The notes: generated by a model from the letters alone, not told the origin. DNA of 64,000 nt from Bacteroides sp. (GCA_031554505.1 JAVBVI010000047.1:28885-92884), one strand, 5' to 3'. Shown: positions 31,044 to 40,831, counted from the stretch's first letter. Made by a program: numbers and translations.

Positions 31044-32159
31044 TTATTTACGATTAATAAGCCCTAATATTTTCTTTACATCATCTTTATCCATAGCATG
31101 ATGCATAGGCAAACATATGACGCTATCAGCTATTTGCATAGCTGTTGGTAAATTTTCTGGACGAGAAGACTCTAATCCCCTATATGTAGAGAATGTACTT
31201 ATCAATGGATAAAAATAACGCCGTCCTAATATATTATTTTCCTTCAATTTAAAATACAATTCATCACGTGTCATTCCATATTTTTCGCTATCGACAAATA
31301 TTGGAAAATATGAGTACGTATGCTGTATTCCAACCATATCTTCCATAAATCTAATACCTTGTATGTTTTCCAAGCCCTCTCTATACTGTATGGCTATATT
31401 CTTGCGATTTCCAATTGCTTTGTCAACTTGCATTAGGTTAAGTAAGCCAAAAGCAGACCGAAATTCATCCATTTTCCCATTTATGCCTGGAGCTACAACA
31501 GTCGTTTCGCCTGCAAAACCAAAGTTTTTCAAATAATCAATACGTTGTTTAGTCTTTTCATCATGGCAAATTAATGCGCCTCCTTCAATTGTATTGTATA
31601 CCTTCGTGGCGTGAAAGCTAAGGGTAGACATGTCACCAGCTTCCAGTACAGACTTTCCATTTACTTCTACTCCGAAAGCATGTGCTGCATCATAAATAAC
31701 CTTTAAACCATATTTATCTGCAATCGCTTGGATTTTCTCTGTATCACAAGGATTACCATATACATGGACTGGCATAATGGCTGTAGTACGAGGAGTAATA
31801 GCTACTTCAATCTTATCCGGATCAATATTGAAAGTCTTAGGATCAATATCAACAAATACCGGTTTTATGCCATTCCACCAAAGCGAATGTGTTGTTGCAA
31901 CAAAACTATACGGAGTAGTTATCACCTCGCCTGTAATTCGTAAAGCTTGCAAGGCAGTAATCAAAGGCAAAGTGCCATTGGTAAACAAACTTATATAGGG
32001 TACTTTAAGATACTCACAAAGAGCTTTTTCAAGTAGTTGATGATAATGTCCATTATTAGTCAACCACTTACGATTCCAAATATCCTCCAAATATGGAATC
32101 AGTTCTTCTAAATCTGGCAACAGAGGAGAAGTTACCGTAATTAACGATTCGTTATGCAT
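31044..32159 (-). CDS. DegT/DnrJ/EryC1 aminotransferase, VioA-like (dTDP-4-amino-4,6-dideoxyglucose)
   Basis: WLTNNG, IYDAAHAFG, SFHATKVYNTIEGG, GINGKMDE and RRYFYP motifs. Confidence 0.88.
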   Translation of the reverse strand: MHNESLITVTSPLLPDLEELIPYLEDIWNRKWLTNNGHYHQLLEKALCEYLKVPYISLFTNGTLPLITALQALRITGEVITTPYSFVATTHSLWWNGIKPVFVDIDPKTFNIDPDKIEVAITPRTTAIMPVHVYGNPCDTEKIQAIADKYGLKVIYDAAHAFGVEVNGKSVLEAGDMSTLSFHATKVYNTIEGGALICHDEKTKQRIDYLKNFGFAGETTVVAPGINGKMDEFRSAFGLLNLMQVDKAIGNRKNIAIQYREGLENIQGIRFMEDMVGIQHTYSYFPIFVDSEKYGMTRDELYFKLKENNILGRRYFYPLISTFSTYRGLESSRPENLPTAMQIADSVICLPMHHAMDKDDVKKILGLINRK

Positions 32160-32256
32160 ATTGTAATTAAGTTATTGTATTCTATTAGAACACCACAGGT
32201 TTATTCCATTCTTTATTCTTAAATATGAGTGACATTAATGGCAGTTACACGATTAT

Positions 32257-32506
32257 TTAGCAAATTCGCTTAACTTTTTCGAAAGTTTCTCTGCACCATA
32301 TTCATTTAAATGATCTGCATCATAAAAATCACTCGCAATAAAAGAACTATCAGAGAGCATATTCAAATAAACACAATTATGATGTTTTTTTGAAATACTA
32401 TCCGCTGTACTTATAGTTTTATCTAATTGTTCTTTATTCAGACTATTTCTATACGTTTTATAAGCAGGAGGTGTAAATAGTTACCATTATTCGTTTTTTT
32501 ACCCAT
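32257..32506 (-). pseudogene. Deleted SGNH-type (DltD/AlgJ-like) acyl-modification gene remnant
   Basis: A short start (MGKKTNNG) is joined out of frame to a C-terminal fragment FTPPAY...DFYDADHLNEYGAEKLS that contains the DxxH motif. Confidence 0.6.
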
Positions 32507-32509
32507 AAA

Positions 32510-33955
32510 TTATTTACTCTTAATATAAGAAGAGATCATTTGTTTCATTTCTATATATTCAACCATCTTCAGCTTATCATACATCAAAACAGCAAGTATA
32601 ACACCAATTACACATTGTATTGGAAGCATTAAATACAGAGATATATTTAAAAATGTTATGCTCCACATTGTAAAAGCGGTTATTAACGAAACAGTCAATA
32701 TCGGTAAAATATCTTTGAGTTGTTCTTTAGTTGAGTAGTTTATTAGGAATCCAGAATAATAGCTATTTATAAAATAAGCTATAATTGAGGTGCAAACACT
32801 CCCCCAAAGCATTAGTTTTATTCCATACAAAATTCCGAAAAGAAGAGGCACAGTAGCAATTACCTTTTTTATAATTTCTAACTTCAGAAATAGATCAGAA
32901 CGACCTTTTACCTGAAGCATATTGAGATTTATAGCTTGCAAAGGATACAACATACCAGAAAAACAAATAATCTGTAAATAGGAAACTGCCTCCAGCCATT
33001 TTTCTCCTATCAATATAATGATTAATGGTTTTGCTACCGCTGCAAGCCCTAACAAGCAAGCGCAAGAGACCATCATTGTATTCTTTATAACCTTACGATA
33101 AGCCACTTTCAAACGACAAGGATCATTCTGAATCGAACTTAATGCCGGATAACTGACACGTTGCACCACCGAAGTTAAATTACTCGCAAAAATAGAGTTG
33201 AATTGTTCTGCACGCGTATATTGTCCTAATTGAGATGCACTATAAAAACGTCCTATCACCAGATAATAAATATTCTTATAAATAGTGGATATTAGACCTG
33301 AAAGAAGTAATTTAGAGCCATAGCCAAAAAGTTCATTAAAGCTCTCCTTTGAATACTCCCATGCAGGTCTCCATGAACTATAGAACCATAATAAGCATGT
33401 GTAGAGAATCTGTTTTGTAATTAGTTGCCCAACCAGACTCCATACCCCAAAACCCATCAAAGCCATTCCTATTCCAATAATGCCACTACTAACAGATGCG
33501 ATCAATGAAATTTGGGCCTGCGACTTAAAATCTATTCTTTTTGTCAGTAATGTACGTTGCACTATTGCAAGGGCACTAATTATTAAAATGCTGCCCAATA
33601 CGCGTAATACAAGTAGTAGTTTAGGCTCCTTAAAAAAAACGGCAATAGCTGGAGAAGAAAAATACAAAATTAAATACAACAACAAGCTTATGAGTAGGTT
33701 AAAATAGAAGACTGTATTATAGTCTTTGCTTGAAGCATCTGTTTTTCTAATTAGTGCATTAGAAAAGCCACTATCTACTATTGAATTGGATAATGCAATA
33801 AAGATAGTAGTCATCCCAATAATTCCGAATTCTGTCGGCGATAATAGCCTTGCTAATACTAATCCTACAAGAAATGTAATGCCAGAACTAAGTATATTAT
33901 CAATAAAACTCCAACCAACTCCCTTCAGAGTTTTTTTTCTTAAAGAGTGCTCCAT
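32510..33955 (-). CDS. wzx: Wzx flippase (WzxC-like)
   Basis: LARLLSPTEFG, DSGFSNALI and GFGVWSLV motifs; many TM segments. Confidence 0.92.
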   Translation of the reverse strand: MEHSLRKKTLKGVGWSFIDNILSSGITFLVGLVLARLLSPTEFGIIGMTTIFIALSNSIVDSGFSNALIRKTDASSKDYNTVFYFNLLISLLLYLILYFSSPAIAVFFKEPKLLLVLRVLGSILIISALAIVQRTLLTKRIDFKSQAQISLIASVSSGIIGIGMALMGFGVWSLVGQLITKQILYTCLLWFYSSWRPAWEYSKESFNELFGYGSKLLLSGLISTIYKNIYYLVIGRFYSASQLGQYTRAEQFNSIFASNLTSVVQRVSYPALSSIQNDPCRLKVAYRKVIKNTMMVSCACLLGLAAVAKPLIIILIGEKWLEAVSYLQIICFSGMLYPLQAINLNMLQVKGRSDLFLKLEIIKKVIATVPLLFGILYGIKLMLWGSVCTSIIAYFINSYYSGFLINYSTKEQLKDILPILTVSLITAFTMWSITFLNISLYLMLPIQCVIGVILAVLMYDKLKMVEYIEMKQMISSYIKSK

Positions 33956-33962
33956 GAATAGA

Positions 33963-35096
33963 TTATTTATTGGCAAACTTTTTTTTTAGAGCAACTTGTT
34001 GTTTCTGGTCGCGCAAGCTACTCCACCACATGTTTAATCCAATCCAAACAACCACATCAACCAACAGCACAACATTATTGTTAAGAAATGGCATCAAGGC
34101 AATGTTCATTACACTAAATCCTATTCCCATAGCGATCAATATTATCATAGTCTTCCGCGGAGAGATTCCCATTGCCAGAAACTTATGATGAATATGATTC
34201 TTATCCGGCTCAAAAATATCTTTTCCATTCCGGAACCGCACAAAAATCACCCGGATCACATCGAATGCAGGTACAATCAGTGTACTGAACGCAATGACAA
34301 TGGCTCCTTCAGTATACTCTACCACTTCCGGATTATACATAGTGTACTTTATAGCCAGGAACGAAATAATATACCCTAATGTCAGACTTCCCGTATCGCC
34401 CATAAAGAGTTTACGAGACCGCCTGGGATTCCCAAACACATTAAAATAAAAAAACGGGACTAACACCCCGAATGTAGAAAAAGCAATGATAGCATACGCC
34501 CACAACTCCTTCTGAATAAACAACACACCAAAAACCAGCAATGCCACGCTACTCAAGCCCGACGCCAGTCCATCGATACCATCAATCAAATTGATCGCAT
34601 TGGTAATAAACACCACCATAAGTATCGTAAAAGGTATACCAACAACAGGACTCAACAGATGAACTCCAAAAATGCCATACAAATTATTGATCCACAAACC
34701 AGAAAGAGGAAAGAAAGAAGCACAGATAATCTGTACCACAAACTTCTGGCGATACCTCACCCCAATCAAATCATCGGCAATACCGATCAGATATAACAAA
34801 GTCATCCCGCACACCAATAACAGGCATTCGGGAATCAGGTATTCAGCACGAACAGGTTCGATGGTGTACCCATACAAGTACCGCGCCGCCATCACCACAC
34901 AGAAAGTGAAGAGAATGGTAGGGAAGAAAGACACCCCTCCTAAGCGGGGTACAGCGTGTTGGTGTACTTTGCGTTTATCCGGTTCGTCAAAGAGTCTTTT
35001 TTTGGCAGATATCAACAGGATTCGCGGGATGATGAGGGCCGCGAGGAAGGCCGAAATTAAAAAGCTAAGGCCTACAAAGTAGTGATATTCAGACAT
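33963..35096 (-). CDS. MraY/WecA-family undecaprenyl-phosphate HexNAc-1-phosphate transferase (initiating enzyme)
   Basis: RKVH..AVPRLGG, NAINLIDGIDGLA, FMGDTGSL and PDKNHIHH motifs. Confidence 0.93.
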   Translation of the reverse strand: MSEYHYFVGLSFLISAFLAALIIPRILLISAKKRLFDEPDKRKVHQHAVPRLGGVSFFPTILFTFCVVMAARYLYGYTIEPVRAEYLIPECLLLVCGMTLLYLIGIADDLIGVRYRQKFVVQIICASFFPLSGLWINNLYGIFGVHLLSPVVGIPFTILMVVFITNAINLIDGIDGLASGLSSVALLVFGVLFIQKELWAYAIIAFSTFGVLVPFFYFNVFGNPRRSRKLFMGDTGSLTLGYIISFLAIKYTMYNPEVVEYTEGAIVIAFSTLIVPAFDVIRVIFVRFRNGKDIFEPDKNHIHHKFLAMGISPRKTMIILIAMGIGFSVMNIALMPFLNNNVVLLVDVVVWIGLNMWWSSLRDQKQQVALKKKFANK

Positions 35097-35203
35097 TTCT
35101 TCAGATTTAAATTCCTAATTCGTTTTCTATAGAACTACGTCTGCTTTAAGGTCGATAGGATTCGGAATTTTTGGGGGTGTATTTCGGGTTGTAGCTAACT
35201 CTC

Positions 35204-35220
35204 AAGCGCGCTACGCTGTT
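35204..35220 (-). promoter_or_regulatory. Candidate ops-like pause site for UpxY in the operon leader
   Basis: GCGTAGCGC (minus strand, 35208-35216) lies within a ~195-nt untranslated leader between the promoter and the first CPS gene. It resembles Bacteroides opsX cores as I recall them. Confidence 0.5.
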
Positions 35221-35297
35221 ACCTGTCACAAGGATAGGTAAGCTAGATGAATCGTCGGTAAAGCATTAAAACGAAGGTTAGATTTCGTTTCAAGCGA

Positions 35298-35328
35298 CAA
35301 AGGTAGATATTAAAATTGTACCGAGCAA
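35298..35328 (-). promoter_or_regulatory. Bacteroidetes housekeeping promoter of the polysaccharide operon
   Basis: -7 box TACCTTTG (35298-35305) with TTG 20 nt upstream. Confidence 0.7.
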
Positions 35329-35404
35329 CTAAAAATCCTAAAATATGAGGAAAAATGCAAAGGTGAATACCTTATACAAGGACAGGTTGTCATTTTGTGT
35401 CTGT

Positions 35405-35464
35405 AAATAAAAAATCCTCATCGTTCCAAGTACAACCGAAAGGGGGCGGCTGGAACGATGAGGA
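35405..35464 (-). terminator. Intrinsic terminator after the HU-like operon
   Basis: 14-bp perfect stem TCCTCATCGTTCCA/TGGAACGATGAGGA with a minus-strand T-tract. Confidence 0.8.
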
Positions 35465-35477
35465 GATGGAAAAACGC

Positions 35478-35753
35478 TTACAACTGGCGATGCTCGCACG
35501 CCTGGTTGTGACAGCAGGCGGGAAGGGCGGCGGACAGTTGCTCACGAAGGGCTATTACTTCGGCGTGCAGGGCTTTTACCCGGTCGCTCAGGCCGAAATA
35601 GTCTTTCAGGGCCTTGTCGAGCTGCTCTATCAGGAAGCCGTACTGGCTGCGGACGAGCTCGCTGAATTCGGCCAGCTCGGCGGTGCTCTTTTTGCGCAGG
35701 AAGGGCAGCAGGCGGAGCACGATTTCTACGATTTTATCTATAATTTTCATCAT
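35478..35753 (-). CDS. Small protein with amphipathic N-terminus, coiled coil and Cys-rich tail
   Basis: 91 aa, directly downstream of the HU-like gene; ends CCHNQAC. Confidence 0.6.
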   Translation of the reverse strand: MMKIIDKIVEIVLRLLPFLRKKSTAELAEFSELVRSQYGFLIEQLDKALKDYFGLSDRVKALHAEVIALREQLSAALPACCHNQACEHRQL

Positions 35754-35771
35754 CGGAGTGGTTTTTAGAGA

Positions 35772-36281
35772 TTATTCTGTGCGCGGATCGATACCACTTT
35801 CTTCTTCCTCTCCACCTTCTTCACCGCCTCCGGCGGGTGGCGGGGGTGTCGGAGTGTCTTCTACCAGATCGACGATGTCGTTGTACCCCTTGCGGGAGAC
35901 TTTCCGGTACTCTACACCGATGAGCATCTTCTCGAAGACTTTGCTGGGGCGGTAGACGACGTGGGCGCTTTCGATGTAGTGAGCTTTGAATTTCTCGCGG
36001 GTATCGCAGCCGGCGCTCTCCAGTCCGATCTGCAGGGTGCCGATGCGTCCCAGCTCTACGATTTCGCCACGCTCCAGGGCCTCGGTCACTTCTTTTTCCA
36101 GGGCACGCATCACGCACAGCACGTCGGCGCTGTGGAGGGTACATTTTTCTTCAATACGGTCGCACATGTCGTCCAGATCGGCCCGACCGCTGGACTGCGC
36201 CTGGGCGTAGAACTTGGCGGGCTCGGTGGGTTTCTGCAGATTTCTACGCTCTGCTACGGAGTAGGATACTAATTTTGCCAT
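35772..36281 (-). CDS. Bacteroidales HU-family (HU-HIG) DNA-binding protein
   Basis: KFYAQAQ, ADV..V..AL, GEIVELGRIGTL and YRPS motifs; Pro/Gly/Glu tail. Confidence 0.9.
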   Translation of the reverse strand: MAKLVSYSVAERRNLQKPTEPAKFYAQAQSSGRADLDDMCDRIEEKCTLHSADVLCVMRALEKEVTEALERGEIVELGRIGTLQIGLESAGCDTREKFKAHYIESAHVVYRPSKVFEKMLIGVEYRKVSRKGYNDIVDLVEDTPTPPPPAGGGEEGGEEEESGIDPRTE

Positions 36282-36367
36282 AACTTTTCAGGTTTTAATG
36301 TTACATGTTTTTTGAACTCTCTCGTTATCGATAACCTGACAAAGGTAGGGCTACTCCCGGATACGGA

Positions 36368-36417
36368 TGCGTGCGTTTGCGTAGGTTTGCGTGCATTTGC
36401 GTGTGTTTGCGTGTATT
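36368..36417. repeat. Five tandem 10-bp repeats (TGCGTGYRTT)
   Basis: tgcgtgcgtt tgcgtaggtt tgcgtgcatt tgcgtgtgtt tgcgtgtatt. Confidence 0.9.
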
Positions 36418-36600
36418 TATAGTCAAACGATGGCTGATTCCTGTGATTTCGCACCCAGACAGTGCGAAAAACAAATAAAAACGCACTTTAATAGTGCAAA
36501 ATATTCAGAAGAATGTATTGTATGGCGAATATTTCATCCGGAAACGCTTGCTGGATTGTCCGATTTTTCGTATATTTAGAGTCTAATAATCAACTGATTA

Positions 36601-36855
36601 ATGACTACGACTATGGACCCACTTCACCCCACGACCGACCATCCTTTCGAACTCAAGATGTACCTCAAAGCGGAGCTCGCCCTACTCTACTGCCCGCACC
36701 ACTCTCCCACCCGCGCCCTGCAGAACTTCTACCGATGGATGACGGGATGCCGTCCGCTCATGGCCGAGCTCCAGGCAGTGGGATACAACTGCCACCGGCA
36801 TTATTTCTTCAAACGGGAAGTGGAAATCATACGTAACCACCTCGGGGAACCTTGA
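36601..36855 (+). CDS. DUF4248 family protein
   Basis: KAELALLYCP, L..ELQAVGY and F..REVEII..HLGEP motifs. Confidence 0.9.
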   Translation: MTTTMDPLHPTTDHPFELKMYLKAELALLYCPHHSPTRALQNFYRWMTGCRPLMAELQAVGYNCHRHYFFKREVEIIRNHLGEP

Positions 36856-36856
36856 T

Positions 36857-37010
36857 TTTAGTTCACCACAGAGTCACACAGAGTTTCACAGAGTTTTTTA
36901 TTCCCTGACCAACTTGTCAATCTGACAAATTGACGAATTGAAAAGTTGCCCGACGACAGCCCACCCGTTTCCTTCCATATATATTCCTCTGTGAAACTCT
37001 GTGGTGAAAT
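36857..37010. repeat. REP/MITE-like element with CACAGAG inverted ends
   Basis: TTCACCACAGAGTCACACAGAGTTTCACAGAG at the left, CTCTGTGAAACTCTGTGGTGAA at the right, with internal TTGTCAA/TTGAC units. Confidence 0.75.
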
Positions 37011-37100
37011 TATTAACTGCGCATTGTCCATTGTCTTATCAGACAATTATGAACTTACAAACTGTAACTTGTGTAGATTACTGTTGGGCTTTTGACACAT

Positions 37101-38216
37101 TTATCTTATCTCCCGTGATATGGCAGTTTTCATGGAATACAAATTGATATCATGCTGATAGAAACCCAAAACGATGGCTTCATTGACGCCATGCTGGCGG
37201 GCAAATTGCTTTATTTCCATCTGCATGGCATGAGGAGAGATCTGGGCGTGTTGTTTCAGGAACAAACCCCATGCCTCCTTCCCTATCAAAGCATGTTGGG
37301 CAAACTTATTAGCCTCTTCTTCGCACTTATTAACGTCGGCCCCTTCAATGGCTATGTATTTCTGCTCCCTGTTGGTATACAAATGCCGGTACACATGGCA
37401 TACCTCATGCAGCAGCGCGAAAGCGTAATTGTCAATCCTGCTCAAGCGTACAGTCAACACGATGGTCGGGTTCTTTCCTTGCCAGAAAGAGAAGCCGTCG
37501 ATAGGGGTCTTGTCAAACTTGGAGAGCACGAGAAATTTGATTCCGTAACGAGCCAGAATGCTCCGGGTTTGCTGAATAGTGTCCTTGTTCACCACAAAGA
37601 GCTGATTCAATTCTTTCACCAACGCATCCAGGCTGCCTCTATCCAAGTCGGGCAGATCGGGTAGCCGGGAACTTTCATAATAAGCCAGATGCTTCCAGGA
37701 GAAGATATTCACGGAATCGGTCATCAATCGTTCTGATTTCTTAAAATAAGAGAGTTCTCTCTCTGAAGAATAGGAAGCGATCAAGCCGTCTACTGAATCG
37801 ACCTGAAAGATAGCATACATCAGTTGTATATTATCAGCGAGTTTGGGACCCATCATATTCAATTTCTCAAAACATCTCACGGAACAATATTGAGAGATTA
37901 CTTTCCATATCTCGATATTCTTTTTGCGTTCTATGATCTTGGCGTTCACGTTGACCTGATCGATGTCATATTGATTCTGTAAAGAGAGCCAATAGGAAGC
38001 GTCGATCTCCAGAACTCCTTGCAACAGAACCGCCACTTCAGGAGTGAGTGCACGGCGGCCCTTCACCATATCATTAAGTACCGAAGCAGGCATTCCCATC
38101 AGCGAAGCCAGCTCCTTCTGCTTCATTCCACGGGCTTCTATCTCATCTTTCAGAATCTCGCCAGGATGAATAGCCACGTAAGGCACACGTTCGTTCAATT
38201 TAATTTTAGTCGCCAT
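37101..38216 (-). CDS. HigA-family antitoxin HTH fused to an ImmA/IrrE-like metallopeptidase
   Basis: AIHPGEILKDE and YWLSLQNQYD (HigA); IDGFSFW, LLHEVCH and EEEANKFA (peptidase). Confidence 0.9.
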   Translation of the reverse strand: MATKIKLNERVPYVAIHPGEILKDEIEARGMKQKELASLMGMPASVLNDMVKGRRALTPEVAVLLQGVLEIDASYWLSLQNQYDIDQVNVNAKIIERKKNIEIWKVISQYCSVRCFEKLNMMGPKLADNIQLMYAIFQVDSVDGLIASYSSERELSYFKKSERLMTDSVNIFSWKHLAYYESSRLPDLPDLDRGSLDALVKELNQLFVVNKDTIQQTRSILARYGIKFLVLSKFDKTPIDGFSFWQGKNPTIVLTVRLSRIDNYAFALLHEVCHVYRHLYTNREQKYIAIEGADVNKCEEEANKFAQHALIGKEAWGLFLKQHAQISPHAMQMEIKQFARQHGVNEAIVLGFYQHDINLYSMKTAISREIR

Positions 38217-38262
38217 AATGATCGGATTCAAGTAGCGCAATGTCTTCAGTAGATATATTCAT
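38206..38262 (-). pseudogene. Collapsed HigB toxin remnant (18 aa)
   Basis: MNISTEDIALLESDHYGD* overlaps the higA start exactly where higB normally sits; HY is the typical HigB C-terminal motif. Confidence 0.55.
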
Positions 38263-38365
38263 AATAATTTAGTTTCTTCGGACAAAGATAGTTTATTTAT
38301 TGTATTCGATAATATATTCATCCGAAATAATTATCATTTTTGATAATTATTAATAATAGAGAAAT

Positions 38366-39889
38366 TCAATCCATTTCGCACACCACCCGGAACCCGATTC
38401 CCTTAATATCCGAATACCACCAGATGCTCTTGGGTTGTTGCGGGTCCGTACGCATCCAGTTGTCGTGCTCGGTGGCGCGTCGGGAAGCCGAGCGGACATC
38501 GGCAGCGTCGTCGGCATAAAAGCCGCCGCGCACCACATGCTCGGTGCCGGTGGCAGAGCCTTTCGGGTCGACCATCCCGTCACGAAGAAGGGAATAGTTG
38601 TCCGAATACCAGTCGGACGTGTACTCCATGACATTGCCCAGCATGCTTTTCAGTCCGAACGGGTTGGGCTGTAGCTTCCTCCCTTCCTGCGTTCTGTTCT
38701 TACTGTTGTGCGCATAGATCACATACCGGTTGATGAGGGTGGTATCGGCGTCAAAGAATGTACGCCAGAAGCCTTTATCGGAATACGTCTTGGGATTGCC
38801 TTCAAAGAAATAGGGCGTATCGCTTCCACCTCTGGCAGCATATTCCCACTCGGCTTCCGTGGGCAGACGGTACTTCTTGCCGGTCTTCCTGGACAGCCAC
38901 AGGCAGTAGATCTCCGCGGCGTAATGAGTCATGGTGATCGCCGGACGATGGCCTCCTCCCCACCCCTGTTCGGGATTGCCGAAAGGTGCCGTGGCACCGG
39001 TGATGGCATCGACCTCCGGATTGGAATTACGGGCATAAACCACCTCGGGAGGGGTACGGGCTTCGGACATGGTCTCGGCGTAGAATGCCCAGTATTGCTT
39101 CCAGGTCACTTCGGTTTCGGCCATAAAGAATGGAGATACCTGCACCTCGAATTGCGGACCTTCATTGGCTCCGCGCAAGGGTTCTTTCGAGGGACTACCC
39201 ATCTTGAACTTCCCCCCCGGGATGGCTTTCATATCGAACGAGACACGGGTGCCGGGGATATATTCGGTATAGTTTTCGAACGTGGTGACGGGGGCTGCCT
39301 GCTCGAAAACCTCCCCCACTTCTTCTTCCTGAACGGGTATCCCCACCATTTTGGAGTGCGTGAAGTTGGGATTGTAATGCCCCACATCCAGATGGCAACT
39401 GATGCACTGCAAATCGTGTTTCTTCGCATTCTGTTCGTAGTAGAAGTGGGCGGTTATACCATCCTGGCTGAGGGAGGCGGGAAACAGTTGGACATGACAT
39501 TTCACGCAGGATTCGTTGTAAACGATCTTCTGCGCATAGTCCAGCTCTTTCTTTGCTTCCCAATCGATATCGGCGGTATCCTTAAAGAGATAGGACCAGA
39601 CGTCTTTCGACCCCGTTTTTACTTTCGCGCGCACATGATGCAGGGAACCTTCGGGAGGCAAATGACAATCGACACACGACGTTTTGGTTCCGCTCTTGCT
39701 GTTGTAATGACTGGACAGCCGCCAACTGTTCTCCGCATGGGGATGCACATGGCACGACATGCAGGAATCGTCCGTAGAGCTGGCCATGTACGTGTAATTG
39801 AGAGGCAATATAAAAAGTATGCCCAATACCATTCCGGCACAGACTGCCAGTACGATGTTCTTTCGGATTTTTATCGGTATTCTCATCAT
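38366..39889 (-). CDS. NapC/NirT-type tetraheme cytochrome c fused to an FGE-sulfatase (SUMF1/EgtB/PvdO) domain
   Basis: N-terminal TM; CMSCH, CVDCH, CVKCH and CISCH; then GGKFKMGS, RLPTEAEWEYAARGG, NPFGL..MLGNV.E and GFRVV. Confidence 0.9.
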   Translation of the reverse strand: MMRIPIKIRKNIVLAVCAGMVLGILFILPLNYTYMASSTDDSCMSCHVHPHAENSWRLSSHYNSKSGTKTSCVDCHLPPEGSLHHVRAKVKTGSKDVWSYLFKDTADIDWEAKKELDYAQKIVYNESCVKCHVQLFPASLSQDGITAHFYYEQNAKKHDLQCISCHLDVGHYNPNFTHSKMVGIPVQEEEVGEVFEQAAPVTTFENYTEYIPGTRVSFDMKAIPGGKFKMGSPSKEPLRGANEGPQFEVQVSPFFMAETEVTWKQYWAFYAETMSEARTPPEVVYARNSNPEVDAITGATAPFGNPEQGWGGGHRPAITMTHYAAEIYCLWLSRKTGKKYRLPTEAEWEYAARGGSDTPYFFEGNPKTYSDKGFWRTFFDADTTLINRYVIYAHNSKNRTQEGRKLQPNPFGLKSMLGNVMEYTSDWYSDNYSLLRDGMVDPKGSATGTEHVVRGGFYADDAADVRSASRRATEHDNWMRTDPQQPKSIWWYSDIKGIGFRVVCEMD

Positions 39890-39896
39890 TCGGTTT

Positions 39897-40817
39897 TTAT
39901 TCGGGAATCTCCTCCTGATAGTTTTTACGGAAAGAGACAGCCGTTTCCGTCGGGAAATCGGCAGGAACTTTCTGTGTCACCTTCCCGGTGGCCGCCCATT
40001 CGGCGCCACGGAGTAATATCACCTGAAAGCCGGTACATTGCATGGCCGGATTGTCGTCCAGTGTGGGACCGGCATGTCCCAGCGTGGTATGGAGTATGCG
40101 TGCATCGCCATAGTCGACCGTGAAAAGGGAAAGCTCGTTGTGTCCCGTCCCGCGCTGCTCCGGAGCAGAATAGGCCCAGTACAGCACATCTTGGATGGTG
40201 CCGGGGCCACGCATGCGGTCGTACAGCTCATCCTGGGCATGACACCACCGGGCCGGCAAACCTTTCGTCACCGGATGACCGGCTTTACCGCAGTGCACCA
40301 CAAACGCATGCTGTGGACCGTGCGAACCGCCTGGGCCGGGGGTCTGATCGTACACCACCTCACCCTCTTTCTCGTAGATATAGGGGCCATCGGTCTCATT
40401 CCGGCCGTTCCATCCGCCAAAGCCTGTTATCTTGTTGAACTCTTTCCACTCCCTGAAAGCATTGTTGGCAGCATGATACACCACCACCCCGCCCCCGGCA
40501 CGGACATACTCCAGAAACGCTTGGTCGGTCGCTTCGGGCCAACGGTCGCCATTGTAATCGAGGATCACCACTCGATAGTCGGAAAACGTCGGCCGAAAGC
40601 CACTCATGTCTTCACCGCCGGCTGGCGACAGCGCCACATCGACCGTAAAGAGCCCGGAGTTCTCCAGTATCTGTTTCATAGCCACATGGCTCACTTGCCA
40701 GGCATGATTGTTCTGGCCGGTGACGATCAGGGCTTTCAGGGGTTCGCGCTTCGAAGCGCACCCCATGAGGCACACCAGTGAAAAGGCGGCCAGGCAAGTT
40801 AAAAGTGTATTCTTCAT
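39897..40817 (-). CDS. ThuA-like lipoprotein
   Basis: Lipobox CLMGC; LIVTGQNNH.W, DELY and LGH motifs. Confidence 0.8.
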   Translation of the reverse strand: MKNTLLTCLAAFSLVCLMGCASKREPLKALIVTGQNNHAWQVSHVAMKQILENSGLFTVDVALSPAGGEDMSGFRPTFSDYRVVILDYNGDRWPEATDQAFLEYVRAGGGVVVYHAANNAFREWKEFNKITGFGGWNGRNETDGPYIYEKEGEVVYDQTPGPGGSHGPQHAFVVHCGKAGHPVTKGLPARWCHAQDELYDRMRGPGTIQDVLYWAYSAPEQRGTGHNELSLFTVDYGDARILHTTLGHAGPTLDDNPAMQCTGFQVILLRGAEWAATGKVTQKVPADFPTETAVSFRKNYQEEIPE

Positions 40818-40831
40818 GGATAGAACATGTA

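Noticed and set aside
35150-35345. Possible invertible (phase-variable) capsule promoter
   Set aside because: Only short partial inverted matches (TAGGATT/AATCCTA) are present, with no convincing IR pair and no invertase in the window.
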